Shown here piece by piece: positions 1-14,800 of a stretch of DNA of 64,000 nucleotides (its first letter is position 1; each line of letters starts with the position of its first letter). The DNA is from Azolla caroliniana (lineage: Eukaryota; Plantae; Polypodiophyta). Location: NCBI GenBank assembly GCA_043228905.1, contig JBHGNT010000008.1, positions 2,046,001-2,110,000 of the forward strand. The letters run 5' to 3'. The notes beneath the pieces are model-generated. The model was not told where the DNA came from. It searched no databases and saw nothing but the letters and a program-made list of their open reading frames with translations. The position numbers were made by a program, and so were the translations under genes.

Positions 1-21
1 CTCTCTCTCTCTCTCTCTCTC
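1..21. repeat. (CT)n microsatellite, cut by the window edge
   Basis: Perfect CT run at the start of the window. Confidence 0.9.
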
Positions 22-2270
22 ATGTGCATTGCAAGGAATTCATGCCAACTTATGGATTTCCATTCCGTTAGGTGGAGAGTCCTATCCATTGTCCAATTGA
101 CCCTATTAAAATATAATTATGCTCTTTAGAAGTACACTTTGACAAAAAACAATTGATCTCTCCAGGTCACGTTGCTGGTTTCATGCATAGGTGCTCATTC
201 TACAATATTAATTTACTAAAGAAAGCAAGCCCTTTACCATAATGGTTGAATTTAGAGAGAGCTATATTTAATTCCATGTGATGGCTCTTGTCGGTCATAC
301 TTTTGGATCATTGAGATGCCCTCTATATTATAGTTTGTTTCAAAATTTAAAAAAGTGGAAAGATAAAAAAGCTTTGATATGTGGACTTTATTCTTCTCTC
401 TTTGCCCCCCAACCATTATGAACAAATGGTTTGAATGATGGATGCAAACACTCACCACGCATGGATTCGAAAACGTGTGGATGCTCATACTTCACACATT
501 ATATTATGTTGAGCCAAACTATAATCTTTGAAAGGTGATCCATATTCACCTATATCGTTGCTGTAAAACATCCCTTTTCTATAATAACACCATCACTTGC
601 ATATGATTTAGCTCGCACTCTCTTCTGTGTGAGATGGGGCGTCAAGTTGTCAAAAAGGACACATATACCATGCATGTTTGATTATGACACTCAAATGCAA
701 CACTTTCTTTAAAGCCTACACAAGTTTTGAGCCACAAATGAATTAATCGAGTCATAAGGTCAAGAAGGAGGATTAATCAACAAATTACAAGAATCCATGG
801 ATGCACATGGATGTTAGACATCCCAAACTCTTAAAAATTTACATAGGAACAAAGTATTTCATTATTGTGGGTAATACAAAGAGTATTTCATGATATTGTG
901 AAGAGAATATGTTCTACTGCTTGATACCTCTAGTCTTGCACATGGAGTTTTTTCTTTTCAAAAAAAATTTGCTTCCCATTAGTTAAATGAATTGTATATA
1001 CAAATCTGGCTATGTACACTCTAAGTATCTATAGATACTCTCCTATTTATGTGTCACTTTCATATATACTTGGCTATCGTTGTGTGACACCTTAGATAAA
1101 AAAAAAGGGTGGGGCAATCATTGTCCACATAACAGAAACAATTGCATGTTATTTTTCAACAAGCATGAAGACACTCCTAACAAGCTTCTGAACGCAGCTA
1201 GACATTGATATCACTGAAAGCAATATGGTGATTTGCTGGCCAGGGAGGGTAGAGCCAATGATGTGGCTAGAAGCACCATTTCGGATGTCATGATGTGAAG
1301 TCCACCACTGGCGTGGTTTCCCAAGTGAGATAAATTGTGCTCATGCCAACTCTTGAGACTCTTAATCTCCCTGTAGGTTTTCGAATTGTGCACGCAAGGA
1401 TATCACTAAATCAAACCCTTGCACGTGAAGTTTTATGTAGTGCTTATTTTTGTGTTAAATTAACCTCTGTCTTCTCAGATGCAATCTCTTACCAATGTTC
1501 TACTATCTTTCTATGTTGTTGATTGAAGTCTTGATTATGAGGCTAGAGGTAGTGCCTCTAGGTTGTTGATCATGTCTTGCTAGTGACTCATGAGGCTAGA
1601 TGTATTATGCAATGTTGGGTTTGAATGCACGACCTTTACATTTCTATTGGACAATCTTACCAACTAAGCTACAATTATCTTGGCTAATCTTTCTCACTTC
1701 TAGATTCTCTACTCTTTACAAGATCTCTCTTTCATGCATGCAAATGAGTAAAACTCATGCTCATGAAGTATATCACTATATTGCTTTTGATTTTTTTAGA
1801 GGATATTGTACATTTTTCCATACCCTTAGTTAACTCAAAAAAGGTTTTGTGATATGAGGTTGATTGAGATGTATGCCTCATATGAGAATTTGGATACTTA
1901 CAATAGAAAAACCTTATTGGGAAAATCGCTAAGGGTATGTAATAAATGTGCAACCTAGCATCCCCAATTTCACCGTCAAAAGGATGAGATATGATGCATA
2001 CAGATTCAGAAATTGAAAATAGAAACTAGGGATTCATTGAGAATAAAAACGAGTTATGTGATCTATGTTGTCGCCATGTACCGACAATAGAATGTTTGTT
2101 ATTTTGGAATGACTCACTTATGAGGACATCATGATGATTTTTAAGATTTCCTACAAGGTTGCACTAGCTCTGAAGAACTCATAATAAAACCACCACCAAC
2201 GGCTCATAATCGTGCCTTTGCTTGTCTACTCGATCATAACTATTTAGCCTTCACATTTTTATTTTGGTTC

Positions 2271-2480
2271 TACTATTTTAAATCCTCATTTACTCAACAT
2301 TAGAGAGCACTTTATAATGATTGATGGTCCAATAGTTCATATAGACCCTTGTTGACCTTAATATATCATTTATATGCGTGTTACTATTTTAAATTCTCAT
2401 AAACACAACTTTAAAGAGCACTTTATAATGATTGTTGGTCCCATTGTTCATATAGGTCCTTGTCGACATTAATACATATT
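2271..2480. repeat. Diverged tandem duplication, period about 111 bp
   Basis: tactatttt...gagcactttataatgattg...gttcatatag...ccttgt occurs from 2271 and again from 2382. Confidence 0.75.
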
Positions 2481-3301
2481 TTGTGTGTGTCTAGATGTGT
2501 GCATATCTACTCATGTGCAATCTCTACCCAACTTTGCTTTTGTTGCTTTTGTGTTTCTTTGAGGTATATCCTCTCTTTCCACTTTTAATCCATCATAGCT
2601 TTGGACATTTACAAGAAGCCCTTTCATTTCATAAAGATCTTTGTTCAATCATACATGTAAAATATAAGGTTTCACAAACATTGCAAGAACAAGTGTAACA
2701 AGAAAAGAGATTTCCATACTTAAACAAATATTAGAAAAAAAAAGTTGTGGAAAATGTTCGCAAACATTGGGAAATTTTGGCAACACTTGGAAAGAATTGT
2801 GGTAAACTTAGGTGCACTTGGGCAAAAGTTGGCAGCAAACTTGAAAAACTTGAGGGTACTTTGAGAAAAAAAGAATATACCTCAAATGCATTTCAAAGTT
2901 TTTCCCATGAAAGAAGTTAAGGGGATAGTCCTCTAATACAAGAGAATGATATGGTGAGAATTCCTCGATGTATCACCCACTAGTATCACACGATTTACAG
3001 CAGGAATTTAATACACTTCCTTTCAAGCTGCAAAGACCAAGCTGAGTTCCAAAATGTGTCATGACTGTAAGTCCTCATTGTTGATGGAAGATGTGAAGAT
3101 CTATATCCCATTTGAGTATTTTTTTTGTCATTGTTTTCGACATGTTCATGACAAACAATATTCTTGGAGCATTCACTTGTGTATCCATTGTAAGCCTGTC
3201 TCCATCATTGATGAACATGTGATGCTACAATGAAAAAACTTTACATGTCTATCGAATGCCAATAAAAATATTATAGATTATCAAATAATACAAAACCAAT
3301 T

Positions 3302-5902
3302 TCATTTGGAAACGAGTAAGATCTCAGGTTTCCGTGGCTTTGATGGGGTTGACGTAGAACTGCCAGAGTTAGAGAGTGCGAGTGATTTCGCGACTGATTT
3401 TGATGTAATATCAAGCCTCATAAGGCTGCGTGTCGCGAGTATAGCTTTGGGTACTACGTCATGGACAGCCCTCTTATGCAATGCTTTTATAGCAATAGAA
3501 GCTGCATCCTTTACTTCTTGTGGGTTCAAAGGAGCCAACAAGCAATGACTTAGTATCTTCAGAAGGGGCTGAAGCAATTCCCAAGGAAGATGAATTCTTG
3601 TTCCATTAGATCCATTCATTTCCACATCAGGAGGATCCAAAGTCGAATAATTGCACAACAAGGAAGGTAAAACTCCATTTGCACCAACCCTTGTGTCAGT
3701 GATAGCTGTTTGGTCAAGATCACGGCATTTTATGCCCTGAGGAGACAGCAATTTATTATTCCCTTGGTAGAGCTCCTTGGGATCCATTATTTCAATCTCC
3801 GGGGATTGACGGGAAGTCAAATCGGAAGGTATGTGGTAGCCATTGATCTCTGGGACACTCTCACTATCTTCATTGATAACAAAAGAGAGTGAATCTCTGT
3901 GGACATCTTTTGTGCTATGCTCATTTGATGATCCGAGGATAGAACATCGAAGAGCACACTTACATGCCTCTAGTTTTGCCATGGGTGGCATAGATGCAAT
4001 CCGACGGCTGAAAAGATCTAAGGCGACACCAACAATGCAGGCCCTCTTAGTGGCCTTCACTTCATCTTGTGGACCCAAAGGGCATGATGATTGTCCCGCA
4101 TAGGGCTCAATATTCGAAGGTGGGGGTATTCTTGGAGAATGGTAAAGGCTTGGTTGAGTAAGATCAGGAATGTAGGTAATGATTGGGCATCCATTGCGAG
4201 CTTTTGTTTCTGATGCATATAAGGCCAGTAGGACTGCCTCAAATCCTGCAAGAGACTCGTTCACATGACCAGCTATTCGAGGAAGATAAACACTGCACAA
4301 TGCTGGGATATACCTAGCCAAATTGAAAAAGAGTTAGATTTTTTGGCATGAAACAACCAATGTGAACTGAACATTATGCACTTATCATGCAAACACAAAA
4401 TTTTCTTGGTGTCTGTTCGTTCATAGACACGCTTTGTTCACGTCGTCTTTTCCACGGGTCCTCTCAGCAGTGAGAGGGGCTAACAATGATAAGAGATCAT
4501 GGATCCATTTAAAGCTTTCTGGCATTCAGTGTTATGTACTTGGTGCACACACATAACCTAAAAAAGTAGTTGATATTAAATCCATCCACATACAAATGGG
4601 CTTATCACTAAGCTTACATTATTAACTTGTAATTATATTTGTGTAGTTTACAGACCTAGAATATCCATTAATTTGTAAAACGGACAAAACTTCTCGCACA
4701 CAAATGGGCATGTCACTGCTGTTCACAATCTATCTATCCAGTTTCTACCTGGACAAAGCCCTCCACATGCAAATGGGCCAAAGGTTCTTTACGAGGACTC
4801 CTAATCAACGTTATCACTGTTCATATATCAGCAATGTAATGATGTGGTATGGAGTAAGGCTGAGCAGCTGCCAAATTCACAACAGCCTTGATCAGGAGCC
4901 TAGGAAAGCTTTAAATGGCCAATTGGAACACATTTCAAGTTAACAGTGCTTCGTACATGTACATTAGGATTTTCAGCAATCTCAACGATACACCCTCAAG
5001 AGACTGTAAACACTCCTCCTTCGAAGGTAAACTCAGTTGCGGACATAACAGGGGAAGCAATGTATGTGATGATTAGATGCTTTACTGCTGAGATTGGAGT
5101 TCTCATCAGTGTTAATCAGATGAAAAAAATGCCCCCAATGTTTCTAAGAGTCCTTATTAAAGTTCTCTTCAGAGGATCAGGATAAACTGAGGCATGGGCA
5201 TATTATTTGAGGCAACGCATGTAGTGATTCAATCATTCATCGTGAAATTTAGGGTCTTCATTGTTGTTTAATCATGCGAACAAGATCCCTCAACTGTCTT
5301 CTTTAGTTGAGAGGCAATAAATAAATATGACCAAGCTCAAATAAACAATGAGCATGTATATAAAAGATATTTAATGCTTACCTGGTATAGGACCCCGATC
5401 TTTTCGGCACATACAAAGAGAAGAAAAAACAGAGAAAAGAACAACAGGAATGAGGACATACATACCTGAGGACAATGGTTTGAAGGTAGGGGTCGCGTGT
5501 TTGGAAGGTATCATAGAGCCATCGACAAATTGCATCATCTCGATGTCCTGACATTTCTTCAGAGAGCCTACCAACAACAGCACGGGCAACATGTTCGTCT
5601 TCGCCAAGGATCTTGGCCGCCCGATGATGATAATGCAGCTCTTCTCCTATAGATTGCTCTTCTAAATTACTGCCTAATATCTCCTTTAGCGACAAAATGC
5701 ACTCCTGGACCTTATCCATTTGAGCCACCGTAGAACAATCTCTTCCTAATCCTATTCCCTCTATACTTCTTCTTGTTTCTTCTCTTTCTCTTCTTCCTTC
5801 TTCATCATGAGATCTTTCCCTTTCTCTTCCTTCAGCTTCACATCCTTGGTCATATTCTCTGTCATGTGATCCTTGAGTTATTGTAGAGTTCTTGAACTCC
5901 AT
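3302..5902 (-). CDS. Hyccin/FAM126-family protein (scaffold subunit of the plasma-membrane PI4KIII-alpha complex); exons 5902-5466 and 4313-3302, 482 aa from the first ATG
   Basis: A GT-AG intron at 5465-4314 (ctcAG|gtatgt...ggctag|Gtat) joins ICRWLYDTFQTRDPYLQTIVLR to YIPALCSVYL in frame. LAGFEAVLLALYASETKARNG..IPDLTQPSLYHSPR and RIHLPWELLQPLLKILSHCLLAP match plant hyccin-domain proteins as I recall them. The start is either ATG 5902 or ATG 5719. Confidence 0.85.
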
Positions 5903-6106
5903 CTAGGCCCTGTAGCTAAGGATCCTCTGTGTCTCTCTCTGTTCTTCATTCAAATCCCTCTATGTCCTCTGTATGGCTCTGTTCTTCAGTCAAAGACTCT
6001 CTTTCTCTGGATTCTCTGTTCTACACATTGTGGCTGGAGTGCATGAGCACACACTCTGCTCCTCATTCAAACCCTCTCTCTCTCACACCCACTGTAAGAG
6101 ACGTTA

Positions 6107-6290
6107 ATCTCTCTCTCTCTCTCTCTACATATCTATCTATCTATCTATCTCTCTCTCTCTCTCTTCCCCTTTCTCTGTCTCTGTCTCTGTCTGCTTAATA
6201 AAGGCTTGTCTGTTTATGTCATGTACCTCTCTCTCTGTCTCTCTGTCTCTCTCTCTTTCTCTCTGTCTCTTTCTCTGTCTCTCTCTCTGT
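6107..6290. repeat. Compound CT / CTAT / CTGTCT microsatellite upstream of the hyccin ATG
   Basis: Visible low-complexity pyrimidine tracts. Confidence 0.9.
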
Positions 6291-9200
6291 GTAACAGTGT
6301 ATGCATAGGCTGAGTGACACTTTCCTGAACATTCATTCATCCAGAAGTAGCCCCCACATTCTCTGAAACTACAAAGTTAGCCCCAATTTTTCAATGAGAA
6401 GTTAGAACAGCAAAATGTGATCAATGACTGGCATGACTGGCATCATTCGATCGATCGGTCAGCGAATGGTTGCCGGGGCGCTGTTGTTGTTGTTGTTGGA
6501 GGTGTCACCAGACCCAATGTAATGGGATCTCTGTACATGTCCACGAGCCATCTGTGGGTGGTTGGCTTGTCAACACGCAGACTTGGACTGACGCCACACA
6601 TATGGGGGCGACCGATGCGCCTTTGCTTGCCGACGATGAGCGAGCCTGGAAAATTATCCCGATTGGATCACAGTGCCCACAAATGGACATCTCTGCGTTC
6701 GTTCGTGTTTATGAATTCCATATGTCGAACGTTTGAACCGTGTCAAGGGGGGGTTAACTTGCAGACTGATGCCACTTTCAGTGACCAATGTGCCTTTCCT
6801 TGACGACCATGACATGGTCTAGAAAATATTCTGATAGGATCGTTTTGCATATATATGTGTGTGTTTGGCAATGACAAGTGTCTATGAATTCCACATGTTG
6901 GATATCCAAACCATGTTAACGATCTTATGCTACAACACCCACTCAAGCATATTCCAATTTTGTCAAGAAGAGATGTTCGATCTCTAACTACCTCGCTTGA
7001 ATTTAGACCATCGTTCGATCATTGCAAATATTCTCCATGGAAGTAATCCTCTCTAATGCTCCTTAACTTCTTCTTGTTTTGAATGTAATCCTCTCTTACA
7101 CTCCTTAAGTTCTTCTCCTCCATGAAAGTATGTGGCACCAATGTTGTATTCTCACTTGTATATCCCACATCATAAAGGACGCCATTCTTTCGGATTCCCA
7201 CCATTATAGCTTCATGTGTGAAAGAGAGATTGTCGTGCGTCACTTCATGTGTATTATATGTATCTTTTTGCTTAAATATAACGTCTACTTGTGTGTGAGT
7301 TAGACTTCATACTTGACACATTTTCTCAAGTAAGAGTGGAGCATCAAGATTTCTATAATAGAAAGCATGTATAATTGAGCGTCTTTACTTTTAATTCTCA
7401 ACAACTAAGGAATCTAGATATATTGACATGCATTGCAATGTGTTATGTCAAGAATCATCATCTTCAGTGATTCTTAGATTTACAAGAAATGTTCAATTCT
7501 CTTCAAAATCACACAATATACTCGAATGCTTTGGTATCCTTTCAAATTTTGCATCGTCAGTACAAACATCACCAATATTACTCATAGGCATGTTTTTTAT
7601 ATACAAGGTTCTCCCTTAACATTTTTTTGGACTCAAATATGCTACCTTAAATAATCCTCAAGAAGCATGAGGGCAAATATGTTATAAATAACATTTCTAG
7701 ACTTTTCTATCAATTTATTCTCAAGAGTAGATTGTTTCGCAACACCATTTCTATCATTTCCATGACAAACAAGTTGCATGGTTTGGAGTTTGTCAAGATG
7801 AACTCTTACCTTTCCCTTATACCAAGGAAGGAAGTGGTACTCATTGACGCGCTCGAAAACTTTATTCTTTATGAATATTAAAAAACAAACTCGTGTAGTT
7901 GAGAAGGTACAACCTTTATATCATTTCATCACTCCTTTTTGTGCTTGACTCAAATGAACTTAATGAAGCTATTTGTTATCTACACGTTATTAATATTTCC
8001 ATAAAGTGAATAGATGGCTTGATATTACCGTTGCTTGAAGAAAGAGATTGATCATTTGACATGAAATTACCAAAGCATGGTATAGTAAACATATACGATT
8101 CTCAATCATACTATTTGGTTGAACAAGACAATACCGTGTGTAATTTTTTAGGCAACTTGTGATTTGTATTTGATGTACGCATGATGTTCATTTATGTATG
8201 TCACTGAAACTTACTTTACTTTTTACTCATCTCAATTGGTTACATTGGTCATGTGAGGATAGTAAAATATAAGAAGTAAATAGGTGACCATGACTAGCAT
8301 TTCTGCTCTTCAATTTGATGCATGGGCTCAAAGGGAGCATGATTATTAATCATTCAATGTACAAGCATACCAATGAACTCGATAAACAAAACTTTAGGAC
8401 CGAATCAAAATAATTGTTTGTCGACGTATGTATGTGAAAAATGAAGTGCATTGTTGAGTTAAAGAGCAAGGTGTAAACAATGTTTTCACAACATGTGCAC
8501 GTGCCATGTAAGTGTGTATATAAATAAAACAATGTTAAGACCTTTGATTCAAATCGGGTCAAATCAAACAAATCCTTTTGAGGTTAGTGTTTTGTTTGAC
8601 ATTTGAAAGTTGAAGAAAATAATGAAGATAAATTATGTAATATGTATGAGATGGAAACGAGGGTCAAGATAAGAAAGAAAGTGAGCTATAGTGAGATGTT
8701 GCTCAAGGGAACTCTTCCAACCAAGAGCTCAAAGTTAAAATAGTACTAACATCTAAGCACAGGAAAACTTATTGAGGTAAACCAAAGTTAATCTAAGATC
8801 CCAACAAGAAACACTTACTGATTTGGATACAGAACAAAGTGAGAAAACTCCCGAAAAAATAAACCTTGATACCTTTATATCCTTGATACCTTTGCCTTCA
8901 TTATAACAAAGTTGAGAATGCATGCACTTATATAAAATGTGGTAAAAAGCAACAAAAGGTTCATAAAATTTATTATTTTTGGTGACCTTTTTAAGTGCAA
9001 AATGTTGTTGGTCCTTTCCTCATTTACGAACATGTTTCATATAGAGCCTCTTTGTTATGAATGCACAAGAAAATTGTGACCAATTAAAGCATGATATAGA
9101 AGTTGTCGGATGTTCATCACAACCTTTATTACACACAATCTATGCTTATTCTATAGTTTCATGTTACACAATTTAAGTGTCTCTAAGGGTTACTTCATAG

Positions 9201-10539
9201 TTATGTGTGGTACATACAATTGGCATAATGTAATCCAAATCAAATTATCATAGATAAGTGTTCGAAAGGCTCTTGTCAGGCAGGGTCTCTAAGTTGTTGA
9301 TTCGATATGAATCCATGTAATATTGGTAAAGGATTTTCAAGGAAATTGAAAAGCTAGTGAAGGAAGTTCACACACAACTCACCTCGAATTTAGCAAATAA
9401 TCAATATTTTGCATTTTTTTAACTTCTAATCTAGTAATAGGAGCACTTTAAAAAGTGTCACGATTGGCAATCTCTTTCGACATACCTACATGCATAACAA
9501 TGAACACTTCCACTTATGGCATGTGAGATATTGGTACAAGAACATGATATGTGGTTCACCTAAATATGAAAATGGTTTCACATTTGTTTCTTGACACCGA
9601 TCCCTTGTAATAAAACACACACTAGTTAGTGTTGTTTAATTAATTAAAAGAACACACTTAGATTTTCTGGAAAAAGATTTATTCACATTAGCACGATTGG
9701 AGCTCAATAATATTACATAATGGGAAAAAAATTATTTGAGTTTATATTACACAACCATGCAAAGATAGAAAACACTAGTTATTCTTAATAGATGCACAAT
9801 TCTATAATGATTGAAAAGCCTTTTCTAGTATTTCAATAAGAAGCAATAAGTAACATTGTCGTTGAAATAGGTACAGTCACATGAAATGGTTAGTACTAAA
9901 AAAACAAGCCGTGTGAGGGTGACGATGCATTGTTGTCCTCATCTTCATCATCATTAGCATTTCTCTCCCCCCCTCTCTCTCTTCAAGCGTGTTCAAAATA
10001 TTACCACCACCACCATTAGTTTTCAACTTAGCCCTTTTCATTTTGAAGCACGATCTCCTTATGGAATATACCAATTCTTCATTGTCATGCAAGTCAGTTT
10101 CATGGTTTTAAATGTGATAAATATGGCAAATTGATGGTTCACTTCGAAATAAAATCAATGCCCTCGCCATGTGGCATACACTTATCATTCATAATCAAAC
10201 AACTTGATATTACGAAATTACTTTCTTGCTATGGTGTTCAAACACCAAGAAAGGATAGTTTTTTTTAACACCCACAAGAGACTAATTGTGATTTAAGAGA
10301 TGGGGCTCTACGTTGTGGTGAGGATCAACCTTGGGTTCTCTCAAAATTCAGAGGGAGATTATATTATTGTCTTTGAAGGTCAAATATGACCTATGAGACA
10401 AAAAATATAACATTTTCATGTAGTACATGTGAAAGTGAGCAACAACTCTTGATGTTCTAGAACTTGGCTAATGAATGTTGCAATCATGAGTGCACATTGT
10501 GAATGTGAGAGAAATTAGTGCGATGATTAGGTTTAGTCA

Positions 10540-11820
10540 AAGATGTGTGGAAAGTTGGATGTGATCAAAGAAGGGTAGAGCATTTTATCAAAGTGTGATA
10601 CTCAGACTACCCAACTTGTTTAGGGCAAAGTGTGTGCATATTCAATTACTCTCATCACTTGTGCCCCAATGCTTTGCCTCACATCGTAGTGAGTGTGCGC
10701 TAACTTCAAATGAAGCAATAGTTCGAATGGTAGACAACAAAACAGAATGGGTTCTAACATGAATTAATGTGTGTGGTTTCCCCATCTGGTGAAGAACATG
10801 GTTTTGTAATTAGGTGCAACATATGCAATATAATGTGTGGAGTGCGAGCCTCCACATTTTTCCCACCTCATGATACATTGGCATTGCGAAAGGCTTCGTC
10901 CACAAAGGAATGTCTTGATGCATCACAAAGCAAGTGTGTTGCATCCAATCTTCTAAACCAAATGTCCACATCTTGCATACAACTGGAAGACACATTTTTT
11001 GCTTTTATGTGTCATTTGGATATTTTTGTTTTTTTCCAATGCAATTCTAGGAAGTCAATGTGAGGGTCTTTTTTAGCCTTGAGCATGTATTCAACAAGCC
11101 CTTCCATGGCCACAATCCCAATGGGAAGTGATCCTGTCTCAAGAAGTTGGAGGGTGTATGATGTTTGTTTCTTGACTCGGAGAAACTTTGTAAGAAAATG
11201 CTTTCAATATTTTCAAACTCTTTGCAAGTGGGCTTAGCGATGCCACCACCCCATACTTCCACCCATAGAGAAGCACTGGTGTCACCAAAGTGTCGAAAAT
11301 GTATTCCTTGAGAACCTATCACTTAATTTCTCCATCATTGCCTTTATTCTCAAATGCAAAATATGCTCTCTTTCCCGCCTCTAAGTGGTTATTAGCACAT
11401 TCATTCCATCTATAATTTGAAGGGACTAAGGCCAAAGTATCTAAAGCTTTCCACTATTTCAAGTGGTCCATTATGGTATATAATGCATGGCTTATCCTTA
11501 TTTTGACTCTTCACCAGAACACTTTTTGTTTTAGAGGTATTTACACTCAACTTTGTATGCATACAAAACTCTTTTAATGCCCTCCTAACCTTGTGGCATC
11601 TCCTAAAGTGTTTGCAAAAAGTACCACATCATTTGGATACAACAAAAGCTTGATGTCTACATTCCTAATAACAACTTCTTAAAATGGTTTTTTCCTTAAT
11701 AAACTTGGCAATCATGTGTTCTAATTTATCAATGCATGGATCAAATAGAGTTGGTTAGTGTAGGTATCTGCTTAACACCAATAATGCTTTTAGAAAAATT
11801 TGAAATTTAATCACCTATAA
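10540..11820 (-). mobile_element. Decayed LINE ORF2 3' half (RT and C-terminal zinc finger), non-L1, RTE/RTEX-like
   Basis: Minus-strand translation across stops gives IIGVKQ, IKLLLYPNDVVLF (decayed YADD), LSVNTSKTK, VESFRYFGL, then SAHSLRCEAKHWG and ICTLCPKQVG*SEYHTLIKC. Boundaries are approximate. Confidence 0.65.
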
Positions 11821-14800
11821 GCCGTCGTGAAGTTACACCCGTGTGTGTGAATTAGTGTGCGACCATTGGGAACTTGAATCAGAGAGGAAGGGTTAGCAAA
11901 CCTTCGTGGGTACAATGCTTGAGTGTCAAAGTGTGCACACTTGTTTGGATGTGTGCAAAGTTTGTGTCTAGGTGTGTTCAAAGGTTTGCATGTGCACTTG
12001 TAAGTATATTGAGTTTAGCATAATAAGTAATTGTCGAAGAGTGAGTTAAGTATTTTAATATTTTGGAAACGATGATAATGAAGAGCGCAGTGACGATTGT
12101 CGAACAGGTTGCAGATGGAGCAAACAACGCTACCACCACGAAGGGAGCGAACAACACGAACAACAGGTCGGCTACAGAACAACTCCATACACCATTTGTG
12201 GCTGGCCTGTACACACGAGCAGGGGAGTCCGGTGCACCCCCCCAAAAGTCGCCTCATCTGAGTGATGAGACAATCGACCTTCTGTTGTTAGAGGAGGATA
12301 AATACACTATACTGAGAGAAGTACATAGGCTGGAGATGGTTTCCTTGGTAGTGCAAGTCCAGGATCGCGACCAAATAGATTGGAACTCTGACATATCTTA
12401 TATGCCACTTTTTCGGAGGAAATGGCTAACATCCTCGACATTCAATTTATGTTTAGAAGATGTTATAATGGGGAATTTGCAGATGGGGATTCGGTTAGCA
12501 AACTATTAGCAATTAAGGAGGCATGCGTGGATTTCTTTTCATAAATGGTCACATAATGTTAAGGTGGATGAGATTTGCAGGATCACGAGTCTAGTATGTT
12601 TTTTATGGAGATATTCCCCGGTTTGAGGAAAGAGTGGAGGAATGTTCTTCCTCGCATTGGGACTTTGTTAGGAAAAGTCATTGCTACGTGTGATGGACAA
12701 GCTTCTGGGTCAAATAGAGTGGGTGGGGTTCCAGCTGTTTGGTTGATCACCCCAAGAAGTGTTTGTTTGCCAACAACAATTTCTTTACCTAATTTCTTTA
12801 CCAATAAACCTCCGGTTATGCAAAATGTGTATTATCAAGGTTTTCCTAATCAATGTTTTGTGTGTCGTCAGTTTGGTCATTTCGGTTGAGAGTGTCAGAA
12901 GTGACACCCAAATGTTGAATCCCATCCACCTCCTTGATCAACTGTTAATAATGATGGCTGGTCTACAGTTTCTACAAAACATGTTTTCAAGCCGACGAAT
13001 ACATTGGTTAACCCATTGTTATTACTCGAAGCTAACCCTTATCATTCTTTGCAGGAAGTGGAAAAGGATGTCAATAGTAAGAAAGTGGATGTTACAAAGG
13101 AACAACAGGTGGAACAGAATTCGCAGGACATCCTTTTACATGTACAATCGTCAGAACATGTTACAACGGTTAGTAAGCAATCTAATAAGGGTAAACAAAT
13201 TGTTTTCGATCAAGTACAACAAATTGATATGTCCTTAGTTGTGAATGATGTGAAACAAAATGAAGGGATCAAGGTAGATCTTGTAAATGTTGACATGGAT
13301 GGTGAGAATATAGTTGATTTCACTTCCGTTGCTAGGTCTTCAGATAGGGTTTCTATAGTAGATAAACACATGCCAGTGCGTTCACATAAGGTGATTGGGA
13401 AAGACCTTTGGGCTAATAAGAGACAATTACGAGCCTCAAAGGATGGAAGGAAGGGTAGAGATGTTGCACTTGCTGAAAGGAGAATAGGGGGAAAAACTAT
13501 GATTGATGGATAGGTTAAATATTATTTCACGGAATGTACGGGGCTTAGGAGGCAAAAATAGTAGTAAAGTAAGGAGTGTTTTCCGTCGGCAATTGAGGAA
13601 GTCTTTGGTAGGTAGGATGGATGTTCTTCTTATTCAAGAGCATAATTTAAATGAGCAAAGGATTAAAAAATATGGAAATATGATGCCAAGCAAGTGGAGA
13701 CAGTTCTGGGTACTTGCAGCTGGTGATAATTGTTTGAAAGCGGGACTTTGCATTGCATTAAATGATACTTGGTTGGGTTCTTTCTTACATTATGGAGTCT
13801 TGACATGTGGTCGAGGTCAATATGTCATTTTTCAAATAGGATTGAAAAAGTGGGGTCTGATGAATATTTATGCACATAATCATGCAAGAGATCGAGCGAT
13901 AATATGGAAAAGCATACTTTCACAGGTACCTATTGTGGACCATTGGGCGATTGCGGGTGATTTTAATATGTTGGAGGATGTGAGTGATAGGTTAGGCGAC
14001 ATACGACATACAATATTTGGTTCAGAACTACATGAATGGGAATGTTTGATTTTTTCCTTAGGATTAATGGACTTGTGGCAAGTGTCTTCTTTTGTAAAGA
14101 TGCAAGATTCTTTATCTTATTCAAGATCAGATAGATGAGAGTCACATACCAATTTGTCTAGGCTAGATAAATTCTATGCTGATAAGTTTTTATGGGACAA
14201 AGGAGGTTTCATTGGTATCCTTCCTTCATTTTCCTTTTCTTGCAAGACTAGTGTAAAGCTTCGAGATTTAGAATTCCGAATCATGTGGTTATTAACCAAG
14301 ATTGGGCTCCTAATCTGTATAATTACTATTCTTATGATTATGCTTTATCTAGTGTTCAAAAGGCTATTATTGAAATGCAATAATTCTTCCATTGTAAGGC
14401 TAAACAAGTATTTCATGCATCTTTTACTAAAATAGGAAGACTTCGTAGGGGATTGCGGTCCTTGATACATTTGCAAGAGAGAAGGCCATATTCGACTTAT
14501 ATAAGCTCTAGAGCAATACAAGTAGGGAATCAGATATTGGAATTACAAAAGGTTTCAACTGATTTTACTTACCATAATATACTTTCTGAATGGGCAGAGT
14601 CAGGAGATAAAGTCAATAAACTGTTCTTTGCAAAGCATAATCATGATCAATCAACTATTAGGATTTCTTGTTTAAAATGTCATGATGGCTCTTATACCAC
14701 TGATCCTAGCCAGATGCGTCAAATAGCCTCGAATTATTATGAAAATTTGTTGAAGCCTAGATCCTTTTCTAGAGATGATTTGTTTAAATGGGATATTGTA

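Noticed and set aside
4585-4780. Three cacaNNcaaatgggc motifs in the hyccin intron
   Set aside because: Short and irregularly spaced, with no snoRNA box or hairpin arrangement that I could support.
6417-6803. 128-aa ORF divergent from hyccin
   Set aside because: Non-ATG start and no motifs. It more likely reflects GC-richer promoter sequence.
7000-10500. Possible decayed DNA transposon or pseudogene, including a 42-bp duplication near 7043-7125
   Set aside because: I could not recognise any transposase motif or termini by eye. A translated search is needed.
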